Origin: Candidatus Omnitrophota bacterium
GTDB taxonomy: Bacteria; Omnitrophota; Gorgyraeia; JABMRN01; RBG-13-46-9
NCBI GenBank assembly: GCA_013203315.1
Contig: JABMQJ010000012.1
Span: 10,468-74,467 of the forward strand
DNA length: 64,000 nucleotides
Direction of reading: 5' to 3'
Part shown: positions 1 through 9,114 of the stretch, one piece after another
Numbering within the stretch: the first letter of the stretch is position 1
Layout: each line of letters opens with the position of its first letter
The notes under the pieces: model-generated
What the model saw: only the letters and a program-made list of their open reading frames with translations
Told to the model about the DNA's origin: nothing
The model's database searches: none
Position numbers and translations under genes: made by a program

Positions 1-1
1 T

Positions 2-1405
2 ATGAATATTCTTTTTGCTTCATCTGAGGTGGCGCCGTTTGCTAAGACCGGGGGATTGGCTGACGTATCCGCAAGCCTGCCGGCGGCCCTTGGCGAAATC
101 GGGTGCGAAACAAAGGTCATCCTTCCTTTTTATAAAAGTGTCAAAAATATGGGCCTCGCCGGCCTCGTACCTTTTGCCATAAATGAATTCAATTTTTTTA
201 AATATACAGAGCTCGGTATTGAGTACATTTTTGTCATTAATGACCGGTACTATGACAGGGAAAATCTATACGGGGAACCGCACGGCGATTACCCGGACAA
301 CGAGGCGCGTTTCTCATATTTTAGCAAAGCCATTGTAGCATTCGCCGCGCACACAGACCGAAAAACGGATATTATCCACTGTAACGATTGGCAGACGGGC
401 CTGGTTCCCGTTTATTTAAAACTGCAAAAAAAAGAAATAAAAACGCTTTTTACCATACACAATATCGGTTATCAGGGTTTATTTAAAAAGGACCTGTTGG
501 AAAGCCTTGGAATACCCAGGCAATTCTACAACATAAACGGCATCGAATACTACGGGAAGATATCCTTTTTAAAAGCAGGAATCGTGTATTCCTCGGCTAT
601 AAGTACCGTCAGCAAGGGTTACGCAAGAGAAATACTTACCCCGGCATTTGGTTGCGGTATGGACGGAATCCTCGGCACGCGCTCCTCCGAGCTTTACGGC
701 ATAGTTAACGGCGTTGACTATAACCTCTGGGACCCCGCGCGGGATAAATTCATAAAAGAGAACTATGGCCCGGAAAATGTTGATAAAAAAATAGAATGCA
801 AGAAAGATCTGATAAAAGCAGTAGGGTTACCCGCCGAGACTATAGGCAGGCCGCTTATCGGCGTGATATCGAGGCTTGCGCACCAGAAGGGCATAGACCT
901 TTTGGCCGGTGCAGCAAAAGAAATAATTGACCTGGGCGCAAGTATCATCATCCTCGGCACCGGGGACAAGAAGTACAACGCCATATGCTCGGATATTGCA
1001 AAGAAACACCCGAAATATATATCGAGCCAGATAACTTTTAATAATGCCCTTGCCCACAAAGTCGAAGCAGGTAGCGATATGTTTGCGATGCCGTCACGAT
1101 ACGAGCCGTGCGGATTAAACCAGCTTTATAGCATGAGATACGGCACGCTGCCCGTGGCAAGGGCAACGGGCGGATTAGATGATACAATAATTGATTTATA
1201 CGAGGATAAAGACAGCGGAAACGGAATAAAGTTTCCGGATGCTACAAAAGACGGCCTTGTAAATGCCCTCCGCCGCGCCGTAGAACTTTATAAAGATAAA
1301 GCCTTGTGGCAGAGGACGCAGAAGAGAATAATGAATCTGGATTTTTCCTGGAAAACATCCGCCTTGCACTACAAAGAACTCTACCAAAGCCTGCTTAATA
1401 CATGA
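2..1405 (+). CDS. glgA: Glycogen synthase (ADP-glucose, GT5)
   Basis: N-terminal SEVAPFAKTGGLADV (KTGGL) motif, HCNDWQT, SRLAHQKG, MPSRYEPCGLNQL. ATG is at the window edge, so upstream context is not visible. Confidence 0.95.
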   Translation: MNILFASSEVAPFAKTGGLADVSASLPAALGEIGCETKVILPFYKSVKNMGLAGLVPFAINEFNFFKYTELGIEYIFVINDRYYDRENLYGEPHGDYPDNEARFSYFSKAIVAFAAHTDRKTDIIHCNDWQTGLVPVYLKLQKKEIKTLFTIHNIGYQGLFKKDLLESLGIPRQFYNINGIEYYGKISFLKAGIVYSSAISTVSKGYAREILTPAFGCGMDGILGTRSSELYGIVNGVDYNLWDPARDKFIKENYGPENVDKKIECKKDLIKAVGLPAETIGRPLIGVISRLAHQKGIDLLAGAAKEIIDLGASIIILGTGDKKYNAICSDIAKKHPKYISSQITFNNALAHKVEAGSDMFAMPSRYEPCGLNQLYSMRYGTLPVARATGGLDDTIIDLYEDKDSGNGIKFPDATKDGLVNALRRAVELYKDKALWQRTQKRIMNLDFSWKTSALHYKELYQSLLNT

Positions 1406-1417
1406 GGGCTTCCGGCA

Positions 1418-1446
1418 TTGACATTATCAAAAAAGCCAAGTATACT
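1418..1446 (+). promoter_or_regulatory. Sigma70-type promoter for the pgk operon
   Basis: TTGACA (1418-1423), 17-nt spacer, TATACT (1441-1446). Confidence 0.8.
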
Positions 1447-1474
1447 ATTATTTTTGTACAAGTATAGTAGTATA
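1441..1474. promoter_or_regulatory. 34-bp imperfect palindrome overlapping the -10 box (candidate operator)
   Basis: TATACTATTATTTTTGT|ACAAGTATAGTAGTATA; 14 of 17 positions pair Watson-Crick. Confidence 0.45.
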
Positions 1475-1494
1475 TTCTTATAGAGATATAGAGC

Positions 1495-1512
1495 CTGCCT
1501 GTCGGTAGGCAG
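1495..1512. repeat. Short GC-rich palindrome CTGCCT-GTCGGT-AGGCAG (REP-like)
   Basis: 6-bp perfect arms immediately 5' of the GAGG ribosome-binding site of pgk; single copy in the window. Confidence 0.4.
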
Positions 1513-1523
1513 AGAGGTTTTTA

Positions 1524-2702
1524 ATGAAAAAAACGATACGCGACATTGATATAAAAGGAAAAAGAGTTCTAATGCGCGTGGATTTCAACGTGCCCCTGGA
1601 CGAAAAACAGAATATTACAGACGATACACGAATCAAAAGCGTGCTCCCCACAATAAAGTATGCCCAAAACGCCCCCTCAAAGCTTATATTAATGAGCCAT
1701 CTCGGAAGGCCAAAGGGGAGCGTAAATCCCCAGATGAGTCTGGGGCCATGCGGAGAGAGACTTTCAAAGCTTTTGGGTAAAGACGTAAAGATGCTAAAGG
1801 ACTGTGTTGGCTCTTCGGTCGAAGAAGAAGTGAGCAAAATGAAAGACGGAGACGTTGTTCTCCTGGAGAACCTGCGTTTTCATAAAGAAGAAACAAAAAA
1901 TGACCCGCAATTTGCCGAATCCCTTGCCAAATTAGGCGATGTATTTATTAATGACGCTTTTGGCACTTGCCACAGGGCGCACGCTTCAACCGAAGGGATT
2001 ACTAAATATTTACCGAGCGCTATGGGATTTTTGGTGGAAAAAGAAATAGAATACTTCGATAAAGTTCTCAATAATCCCGATAAGCCGGTTGCCCTTATCC
2101 TGGGGGGTGCTAAGGTTTCAGACAAAATCGCTGTTATAGAGAATATGCTTAAGGATATAGATTTTCTTTTGATTGGCGGAGCAATGGCATACACCTTTCT
2201 AAAATCACGCCTTAAGGGAGTAGGAAGTTCCAGGGTGGAGGAAGATAAAATTGAAACCGCATCGGAAATTTTCCAGAAAGCCAGGGACAATAACGTAAGC
2301 ATATTTTTACCGGAAGACCATGTTATTGCCAAGGCCATAACACCTACCGCGCGAACCAGGGTCGTAAGGGAACATATTCCTGACGGCTGGATAGGCCTTG
2401 ACATAGGCCCGAGAACGATCAAAAAGTTCAAAAACGCCCTTAAAGGCGCAAAGACCATACTCTGGAACGGCCCGGTGGGCTATTTTGAAATGAAACCTTT
2501 TAAGAGGGGCACAACCGATATCGCAAAATTCATATCCCGGCTTGATGCCACAACCGTAATAGGCGGCGGCGACACGGCTGCGGCGATAAACGCGCTGGGC
2601 CTCGCCAAGAAGATGAGCCACATCTCAACCGGCGGCGGTGCATCCTTGGAGTATTTGGAAGGGAAAGAACTGCCGGGCATAAAAGCTTTGCAGGATAAAT
2701 AA
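1524..2702 (+). CDS. pgk: Phosphoglycerate kinase
   Basis: RVDFNVP, SHLGRP, LLENLRF, GGAKVSDKI, ISTGGGASLE motifs. Confidence 0.98.
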   Translation: MKKTIRDIDIKGKRVLMRVDFNVPLDEKQNITDDTRIKSVLPTIKYAQNAPSKLILMSHLGRPKGSVNPQMSLGPCGERLSKLLGKDVKMLKDCVGSSVEEEVSKMKDGDVVLLENLRFHKEETKNDPQFAESLAKLGDVFINDAFGTCHRAHASTEGITKYLPSAMGFLVEKEIEYFDKVLNNPDKPVALILGGAKVSDKIAVIENMLKDIDFLLIGGAMAYTFLKSRLKGVGSSRVEEDKIETASEIFQKARDNNVSIFLPEDHVIAKAITPTARTRVVREHIPDGWIGLDIGPRTIKKFKNALKGAKTILWNGPVGYFEMKPFKRGTTDIAKFISRLDATTVIGGGDTAAAINALGLAKKMSHISTGGGASLEYLEGKELPGIKALQDK

Positions 2703-2718
2703 GTTTTGGGGGAGCAAT

Positions 2719-3486
2719 ATGCGTAAACCGATAATAGCGGGAAACTGGAAGATGCATAAAACCGTTGAAGAGGCAATTGTACTCGCAAACGCGATAAAAA
2801 GAGATGTATTTGACATAGAAGACGTGGAAATCGTTCTCTGCCCGCCGTTTACATCGCTGGGTGACGTTAAAGACGTAATTCTTGAAACAAATATTTCTTT
2901 AGGCGCGCAGAATATGCACTGGGAAGCCGAGGGTGCCAAGACAGGCGAGATTTCTTCAAAAATGTTGAAGCAGATAGGGTGCAAATATGTTATAATAGGG
3001 CACTCTGAAAGAAGGGCATATTTCGGCGAAACCAACCAGACCGTGAATAATAAGGTAGGTGCCGCCTTAAAAGAAGGGCTCTTTCCTATAATGTGCGTGG
3101 GCGAAAAACTGGAAGAACGCGAAAGCGGCAAAGCCTTCGATATAATTTCAGGGCACATAGAAGGAGGCCTCGTAAATATCGGGCCTGAAGAAATTTTAAA
3201 TTTAGTTATCGCATACGAACCCGTATGGGCGATAGGAACCGGCAAGAACGCAACGCCTGACCAGGCCCAGGAAGTGCATAAGTTTATTCGGGGATTACTT
3301 GCAAAAAAATACGGTAAGGATACCTCGGAGAAGATTCGAATTCAGTATGGGGGAAGCGTGAAGCCCTCCAATATCGAGAGTCTTATCGGGGAAAAAGACA
3401 TAGACGGCGCTTTAGTAGGAGGCGCGTCCCTTAAGTCAGAGAGTTTTGTTGAACTTGTGAAAAAGTCTTCGCAGGTTGTGAAATAA
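2719..3486 (+). CDS. tpiA: Triosephosphate isomerase
   Basis: AGNWKM, GHSERR, AYEPVWAIGTG, YGGSV, LVGGASL motifs. Confidence 0.98.
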   Translation: MRKPIIAGNWKMHKTVEEAIVLANAIKRDVFDIEDVEIVLCPPFTSLGDVKDVILETNISLGAQNMHWEAEGAKTGEISSKMLKQIGCKYVIIGHSERRAYFGETNQTVNNKVGAALKEGLFPIMCVGEKLEERESGKAFDIISGHIEGGLVNIGPEEILNLVIAYEPVWAIGTGKNATPDQAQEVHKFIRGLLAKKYGKDTSEKIRIQYGGSVKPSNIESLIGEKDIDGALVGGASLKSESFVELVKKSSQVVK

Positions 3487-3523
3487 ATAGAGACGCTTGA
3501 GGTCTCTTATAATAGGAGAAAAT

Positions 3524-3913
3524 ATGGCTTACGGTTTAGCTATAGGTGTTCATGTAATTGCGTGTCTGATTTTAATTGTAGTAATACTTCTGCAGGCAGG
3601 TCGCGGCGGGGGATTGAGTGAGGCCTTCGGCGGCGGCGAATCAAGCCAGACTATTTTTGGCACGAAGATATCCGTTTTTTTAACAAAGGCCACGGTTGTT
3701 GCGGCATGCCTTTTTCTGATTACATCTCTGCTCTTAGGGATAATGACATCCAGGAGGGGAAGGAGCTTAGTCGAAATGGAAAGGCGAAGGGCGGTGGCTC
3801 TTCCCGGTACGGTTCCCATCCCGAAGAATTTAACAGAACAGTCTAAAGAAGTCGAAGTTACCGACAAAGAGGATCTCCCTCTTGCGAAACCCGACAAGAA
3901 GCCTACAGAGTAA
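3524..3913 (+). CDS. secG: Preprotein translocase subunit SecG
   Basis: Two hydrophobic segments flanking LLQAGRGGGLSEAFGGG; conserved position after tpiA. ATG 3524 chosen over TTG 3497 because AGGAGA precedes it. Confidence 0.92.
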   Translation: MAYGLAIGVHVIACLILIVVILLQAGRGGGLSEAFGGGESSQTIFGTKISVFLTKATVVAACLFLITSLLLGIMTSRRGRSLVEMERRRAVALPGTVPIPKNLTEQSKEVEVTDKEDLPLAKPDKKPTE

Positions 3914-5564
3914 TATACAAAAAATACCGCTATTTTTTATAATAGCGGTATTTTTTTTACTATACCTAACCACTCCGAGCGCGAACGGGGACAGGTCTTC
4001 TCCTGACACTATACTGCCTGATGAAAGACCTGTCCCCGCCGAACCTGTCTACGGAGACGCATTCGTAGTCGGCCAGATAGGCGATGCGCGCACGTTAGTT
4101 CCCATATTAGCCTCAGACAGCCCATCCTCTTATATCGTGGCCCTTGTATTCAATGGACTTCTAAAATATGACAAAAACGTAGAGCTCATAGGCGACTTGG
4201 CCGAATCCTGGACGATAGAAGACGACGGCTTATCAATAGTATTTTTCTTGAGAAGAAATGTTAAGTGGCATGATGGGCACCCCTTTACAGCAAAAGACGT
4301 TGAATTTACGTACAAATCAATAATAGACCCGAACGTACCCACCCCGTATAGCGGTGATTTTAAAATGATTAAAACACTCGCTGTCATTGACGATTATACC
4401 GTAAAAATAACTTATAAAGAACCATTTGCCCCGGGCTTGACAAGTTGGGGCATGCCGATTATGCCCAAGCACATCCTGGAAGGCCAAGATCTTCTTACCA
4501 CGGATTTCGCGCGCAACCCCATAGGAACCGGACCTTATAAATTTAAAAGATGGAAAACCGGCGAAAGGATTGATCTTGTATCCAATCACGAATATTTCAG
4601 GCATCGCCCCTACATAGACAGGTATATATATAGGGTAATACCGGATACGGCGACAATGTTCCTGGAATTGAAAACAGGCGGCATAGATGAAATGGGGCTT
4701 ACGCCGCTACAGTTTACAAGGCAGACAGACACGGCGTTTTTTAAAAAGCGTTTTCAAAAATTTAAATACCCCTCTTTCGGCTACACCTTCCTGGCGTATA
4801 ATCTTAAAGACGAAAAATTCATGGATAAAAATGTCCGACAGGCGCTTAATTATGCCGTAGATAAAAATGAAATAATAGACGGCGTTCTTTTGGGGCAGGG
4901 AAGAGTTTGTACGGGGCAGTTTGTTCCGGAATCCTGGGCCTTTAATAAGGATGTAAAGCCATGGCCCTATGATCCCAAAAAAGCCAAAGTAATGTTGAAA
5001 GAGTCAGGTTGGCAGGATACCGATCGTGACGGCTGGCTTGATAAAAACGGTAAGATTTTTGAATTTACAATACTTACAAATCAAGGTAATGAAACCCGGC
5101 GCCAGACGGCTGAAATCATGCAGAGGCGCCTTAGGGATATCGGCGTTAAGGTAAATATAAGGATTCTGGAATGGTCCGTTTTCTTGAACGAATTCGTGAA
5201 TAAAAAAAGATTCGAAGCAATCATTCTAGGGTGGGGTCTCGGCAGGGAGCCGGACTGCTTTGACATATTTCATTCTTCAAAAACAAAAGAAGGCGAATTT
5301 AATTTTATAAGTTATTCAAATTCCGAAATAGACCGTCTTCTCATAGAAGGAAGGCGCACATTCGATAGGGAAAAGAGAAAAGAAATTTATAATAGAATTC
5401 ACGAAATTCTCTACACCGATCAGCCGTACATGTTTTTATATATACCGGATTCACTGGTCGCGGTAGATAGCCGTTTTCAGGGGATAGAAGTCTCACCGAT
5501 CGGCATCGGTTACAATTTCATCGATTGGTGGGTACCTAAGGCTAGGCAGCGATACAGGTATTAA
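3882..5564 (+). CDS. ABC transporter substrate-binding protein, peptide/nickel family 5 (AppA/OppA-like); start codon uncertain
   Basis: Hydrophobic N-terminal segment, [45 protein letters not shown]. Confidence 0.9.
   Translation: MRNPTRSLQSNIQKIPLFFIIAVFFLLYLTTPSANGDRSSPDTILPDERPVPAEPVYGDAFVVGQIGDARTLVPILASDSPSSYIVALVFNGLLKYDKNVELIGDLAESWTIEDDGLSIVFFLRRNVKWHDGHPFTAKDVEFTYKSIIDPNVPTPYSGDFKMIKTLAVIDDYTVKITYKEPFAPGLTSWGMPIMPKHILEGQDLLTTDFARNPIGTGPYKFKRWKTGERIDLVSNHEYFRHRPYIDRYIYRVIPDTATMFLELKTGGIDEMGLTPLQFTRQTDTAFFKKRFQKFKYPSFGYTFLAYNLKDEKFMDKNVRQALNYAVDKNEIIDGVLLGQGRVCTGQFVPESWAFNKDVKPWPYDPKKAKVMLKESGWQDTDRDGWLDKNGKIFEFTILTNQGNETRRQTAEIMQRRLRDIGVKVNIRILEWSVFLNEFVNKKRFEAIILGWGLGREPDCFDIFHSSKTKEGEFNFISYSNSEIDRLLIEGRRTFDREKRKEIYNRIHEILYTDQPYMFLYIPDSLVAVDSRFQGIEVSPIGIGYNFIDWWVPKARQRYRY
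3986..4038. repeat. Palindromic GGGGACAG-family element inside the coding sequence
   Basis: Perfect 14-bp inverted repeat CGGGGACAGGTCTT (3986-3999) / AAGACCTGTCCCCG (4025-4038). Confidence 0.75.
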
Positions 5565-5565
5565 C

Positions 5566-6540
5566 ATGCTGAAATACATATTAAAGCGTTTACTGCACAT
5601 GATCCCTATCTTGCTGGGGATCACACTTATCTCATTTGCCGTAATTCATCTGGCGCCGGGTAAACCGACGGATTTGATGCTTCAATTAAACCCTAAAGTC
5701 GATTTTGAGGCGCGCGAAAAATTAAATAGAATTTATGGCTTTGACAAGCCTCTCTACGTTCAGTATCTAAACTGGATGAAGAAACTCTCGCGATTAGATT
5801 TCGGAAAAAGTTTTATCGACAATAGGCCCGTTATCGAGAAGATCAGAGAGAGGCTCCCTATAACGATATTTATAAACGTCCTGGCCATGACGACAATTTT
5901 CCTGCTTTCGATACCCATCGGAATAAAAAGTGCCGTTAGGCGGGGTTCTGTTTTTGACAAAACAACAACGGTTTTTGTTTTCTTGGGTTTCGCGGCGCCG
6001 AGTTTTTGGCTGGGGTTACTTCTCATGTCCTTTTTCGGGGTAAGGCTCGGGATCCTACCGGTTTCGGGGATAGCCTCGCTTGATTTTGAAAATTTTTCAA
6101 CCCTTGGAAAAATTGCGGATGTTTCCAAGCATCTCATTCTACCCGTTGCCGTAGCGAGTATCGGGGGATTGGCCGGGGTGTCTCGATACATGCGCCAGAG
6201 CATGTTAAATGTTATTTCGCAGGATTACATAAAAACAGCCCGGGCGAAAGGGCTTCCCGAAAAAACAGTAATCTACAAGCACGCTTTAAGAAACGCGTTA
6301 CTGCCCATAATTACAATTCTTGGACTCTCAATTCCGGGACTCATATCAGGAAGCGTGATTTTGGAGACAATTTTTAGTATACCGGGAATGGGACGCCTCA
6401 TGGTCGAATCTGTTTTTACGCGGGATTACAACGTTATAATGGCGGGCCTTGTAATAAGCGCGCTTCTTACTTTGATCGGAAATCTAATCGCGGATATCGC
6501 CTACGTGCACGCGGATCCACGCATAAGGTATAAACGATGA
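5566..6540 (+). CDS. Peptide ABC transporter permease (OppB/DppB family)
   Basis: [10 protein letters not shown] start, [19 protein letters not shown]-loop, [10 protein letters not shown]. Confidence 0.92.
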   Translation: MLKYILKRLLHMIPILLGITLISFAVIHLAPGKPTDLMLQLNPKVDFEAREKLNRIYGFDKPLYVQYLNWMKKLSRLDFGKSFIDNRPVIEKIRERLPITIFINVLAMTTIFLLSIPIGIKSAVRRGSVFDKTTTVFVFLGFAAPSFWLGLLLMSFFGVRLGILPVSGIASLDFENFSTLGKIADVSKHLILPVAVASIGGLAGVSRYMRQSMLNVISQDYIKTARAKGLPEKTVIYKHALRNALLPIITILGLSIPGLISGSVILETIFSIPGMGRLMVESVFTRDYNVIMAGLVISALLTLIGNLIADIAYVHADPRIRYKR

Positions 6541-7352
6541 AGAAGCTTTTTCGGAATAAATTAACGGTATTCGGTGCAGGCATAATACTCTTTCTTCTTA
6601 TCGTAGCGATTTTTGCGCCGCAAATTTCAAGATATGACCCGACGTATATCGATATAAAAGAGGCCCTGCTTCGGCCGTCCGCCGAACACCTGCTTGGCAC
6701 GGATTCTCTCGGGAGAGACCTTTTCTCCAGAATGGTATATGCCGCTCGAATAGCGCTTTTAATAGGTTTTGTCGCCGTGGGCCTGGCAGCAGTAATAGGC
6801 GTGATCCTGGGTTCTGTTGCAGGATACTTCGGGGGCAAAATCGATTCTTTGATCATGCGTTTTGCGGATATAATGCTTTGTTTCCCGCGATTTTTCCTTA
6901 TTCTTGCGGTTATCGCGGTTGTGGGCCCCAACATTTTTAATGTAATGATTATTATAGGCCTTACGGGGTGGATGGGCATGGCGCGGCTCATAAGAGCGGA
7001 GATATTAAGTTTAAAAATAAGAGACTATGTTTCGGCATCAAGGGCGCTTGGGGCGAGCGATGTTTTCATAATAACAAGACACCTTATACCTAACGGCATA
7101 GGGCCCGTTCTGGTGAGTTTTGTTTTCGGTGTTGCAGGAGCAATTCTTACGGAAGCAGGGTTAAGTTTTCTTGGCCTAGGAGTACAGCCGCCTAACCCGA
7201 GCTGGGGAAATATTCTCATGGAAGGCAAAGCGGTTCTGGGCGTTGCCTGGTGGGTAATTCTTTTTCCAGGGCTGGCGATTTTAATTACAGTGCTTGCGTT
7301 TAATCTTGTAGGAGAGGGTCTAAGGGATTCGCTTAACCCGAAACAGGGATAA
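6537..7352 (+). CDS. Peptide ABC transporter permease (OppC/DppC family)
   Basis: [42 protein letters not shown]. Confidence 0.92.
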   Translation: MKKLFRNKLTVFGAGIILFLLIVAIFAPQISRYDPTYIDIKEALLRPSAEHLLGTDSLGRDLFSRMVYAARIALLIGFVAVGLAAVIGVILGSVAGYFGGKIDSLIMRFADIMLCFPRFFLILAVIAVVGPNIFNVMIIIGLTGWMGMARLIRAEILSLKIRDYVSASRALGASDVFIITRHLIPNGIGPVLVSFVFGVAGAILTEAGLSFLGLGVQPPNPSWGNILMEGKAVLGVAWWVILFPGLAILITVLAFNLVGEGLRDSLNPKQG

Positions 7353-7354
7353 CT

Positions 7355-8911
7355 ATGCTTTTAAAAATAAAAAACCTAAAAATACAATTTACGCATGACG
7401 GAAAAGTCATGAAAGCCGTGGACGGTATTGACTTTGAAATAAAAGAAAACGAGGTCGTGGGGCTTGTAGGGGAATCCGGGAGCGGAAAAACCGTTACCGC
7501 ACTTTCGATAATGAAACTGCTTCCGACAAAGGATTGCACGACATCCGGCGAAATTATTTTTGAAGGAAAAGATTTAGCGATCTCAAATGAAAAAGAAATC
7601 CGGAGCGTAAGGGGCTCTAAAATAACGATGGTTTTCCAGGAACCGTTCACCTCGCTAAATCCTGTCATGAGAGCGGGGGAGCAAATAAGAGAGGCAATTT
7701 TTGCGCACAGGAAAATATCAAAAAAAGAAGCTGAAGAAAAAAGTATAAGCCTTTTAGAAAAAGTAAAGATAAGCGATCCTCACAGAATTTACGATTCTTA
7801 CCCGCACCTTCTTTCCGGTGGGGAAAGGCAAAGGGTAATGATCGCGATGGCAATTGCAATGAGACCTAAGCTTTTGATTGCCGATGAGCCTACGACCGCG
7901 CTTGACGTAACTATACAATCCGAAATTTTGGAGCTTCTACTAGGGTTGAAAAAAGATCTAAATATGTCGGTTCTTTTTATCACTCATGATTTTGGCATCA
8001 TAAATAAAGTTGCCGACAGGGTTCTTGTCTTAAACGGCGGGAAAATCATAGAGAGAGGAGAGAAAAAGGATATTCTTTCCGCGCCCAAAGAAGATTACAC
8101 GAAAAAACTTCTTCTCGCCGTTCCGAAGATTACCTTTGCACCCGGGAAAAAGGAAATGCCCGGTGAAAAAAGCGCGATAACGGCTGAAAAACTGAATAAG
8201 ACTTTCATAATCGAAAATGGTATTTTTAAAAAAGATGAAAATAGGGTGTGTGCGGTCAGAGATGTGAATTTGGAAATAAAAAAGGGAAGAACACTTGGCG
8301 TAGTCGGTGAGTCCGGTTCCGGCAAGACAACCCTGGGAAAACTTTTAATAGGTTTATTAAAACCCGATTCCGGCAGTATACGATATAGCCGGAAGACTGC
8401 CTTCGCATCCGGTATCCAGATTGTGTTCCAGGACCCCTACAGTTCTTTGGATCCGCGGATGAGGATGCAGGACATCGTTCTTGAGGGTCTTACGATTAGT
8501 GGGGTGAATAAAGAGAAAAAGGAATCGGTTCTACGGGACGTGCTTTTTAAAGTGCACTTAAATTATAAAAATCGGATGAAATACCCGCACCAGTTTTCAG
8601 GCGGACAAAGACAAAGAATCGCGATTGCGCGGGCGCTGGCAGTAAATCCGGAGATTCTGATCCTTGACGAACCCGTTTCAAGCCTGGACGTAATAATACA
8701 AAAAGAGATCTTAAATCTTTTAAGAGAACTCCAGAAGGAGTTTTGCCTTACTTACGTATTCATATCGCACGACTTACGTGTTGTCGAATATATGGCTGAT
8801 AACGTTGCTGTGATGCAGAAAGGCGAGATTGTGGAGCTTGCGTCTCGCGACGAAATCTACCGCTCACCCAAACACCCTTACACAAAACGCCTCCTCTCAA
8901 GCGTGCTGTAA
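7355..8911 (+). CDS. Peptide ABC transporter ATPase with two fused NBDs (OppD+OppF / YejF-like)
   Basis: Two GESGSGKT Walker A motifs, LSGGERQR and FSGGQRQR signatures, C-terminal PKHPYTKRLL. Confidence 0.92.
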   Translation: MLLKIKNLKIQFTHDGKVMKAVDGIDFEIKENEVVGLVGESGSGKTVTALSIMKLLPTKDCTTSGEIIFEGKDLAISNEKEIRSVRGSKITMVFQEPFTSLNPVMRAGEQIREAIFAHRKISKKEAEEKSISLLEKVKISDPHRIYDSYPHLLSGGERQRVMIAMAIAMRPKLLIADEPTTALDVTIQSEILELLLGLKKDLNMSVLFITHDFGIINKVADRVLVLNGGKIIERGEKKDILSAPKEDYTKKLLLAVPKITFAPGKKEMPGEKSAITAEKLNKTFIIENGIFKKDENRVCAVRDVNLEIKKGRTLGVVGESGSGKTTLGKLLIGLLKPDSGSIRYSRKTAFASGIQIVFQDPYSSLDPRMRMQDIVLEGLTISGVNKEKKESVLRDVLFKVHLNYKNRMKYPHQFSGGQRQRIAIARALAVNPEILILDEPVSSLDVIIQKEILNLLRELQKEFCLTYVFISHDLRVVEYMADNVAVMQKGEIVELASRDEIYRSPKHPYTKRLLSSVL

Positions 8912-8912
8912 G

Positions 8913-9045
8913 TGTACCGTTTGCAATTTTCCGTCCAACCTGTCCCCAATTCTGAACGTAAAGGTGTCCCTTCTTTGCATTACTAGAGAGACATCTTTAA
9001 TTTCAGAATTGGGGACAGGTTGCATTGAAAATTGCAAACGGTACA
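8913..9045. repeat. 133-bp long inverted repeat (REPIN/MITE-like hairpin) with a CTGTCCCC/GGGGACAG core
   Basis: 19-bp perfect arms 8913-8931/9027-9045, a 4-nt bubble, 21-bp perfect arms 8936-8956/9002-9022, and an imperfect inner stem 8959-8974/8984-8999. Confidence 0.8.
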
Positions 9046-9051
9046 GAATCC

Positions 9052-9080
9052 TTGCAAATCAGGTGCTTTTATTGTATAAT
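9052..9080 (+). promoter_or_regulatory. Sigma70-type promoter for the trehalose operon
   Basis: TTGCAA-N17-TATAAT; AAGGA RBS before the ATG at 9115. Confidence 0.7.
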
Positions 9081-9114
9081 ATTATACTCAAATAATAATA
9101 AATAAAGGAATGTC

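Noticed and set aside
8829-9095. 88-aa + strand ORF crossing the long inverted repeat
   Set aside because: It overlaps the ATPase end, the palindrome and the otsA promoter, and has no protein-like features.
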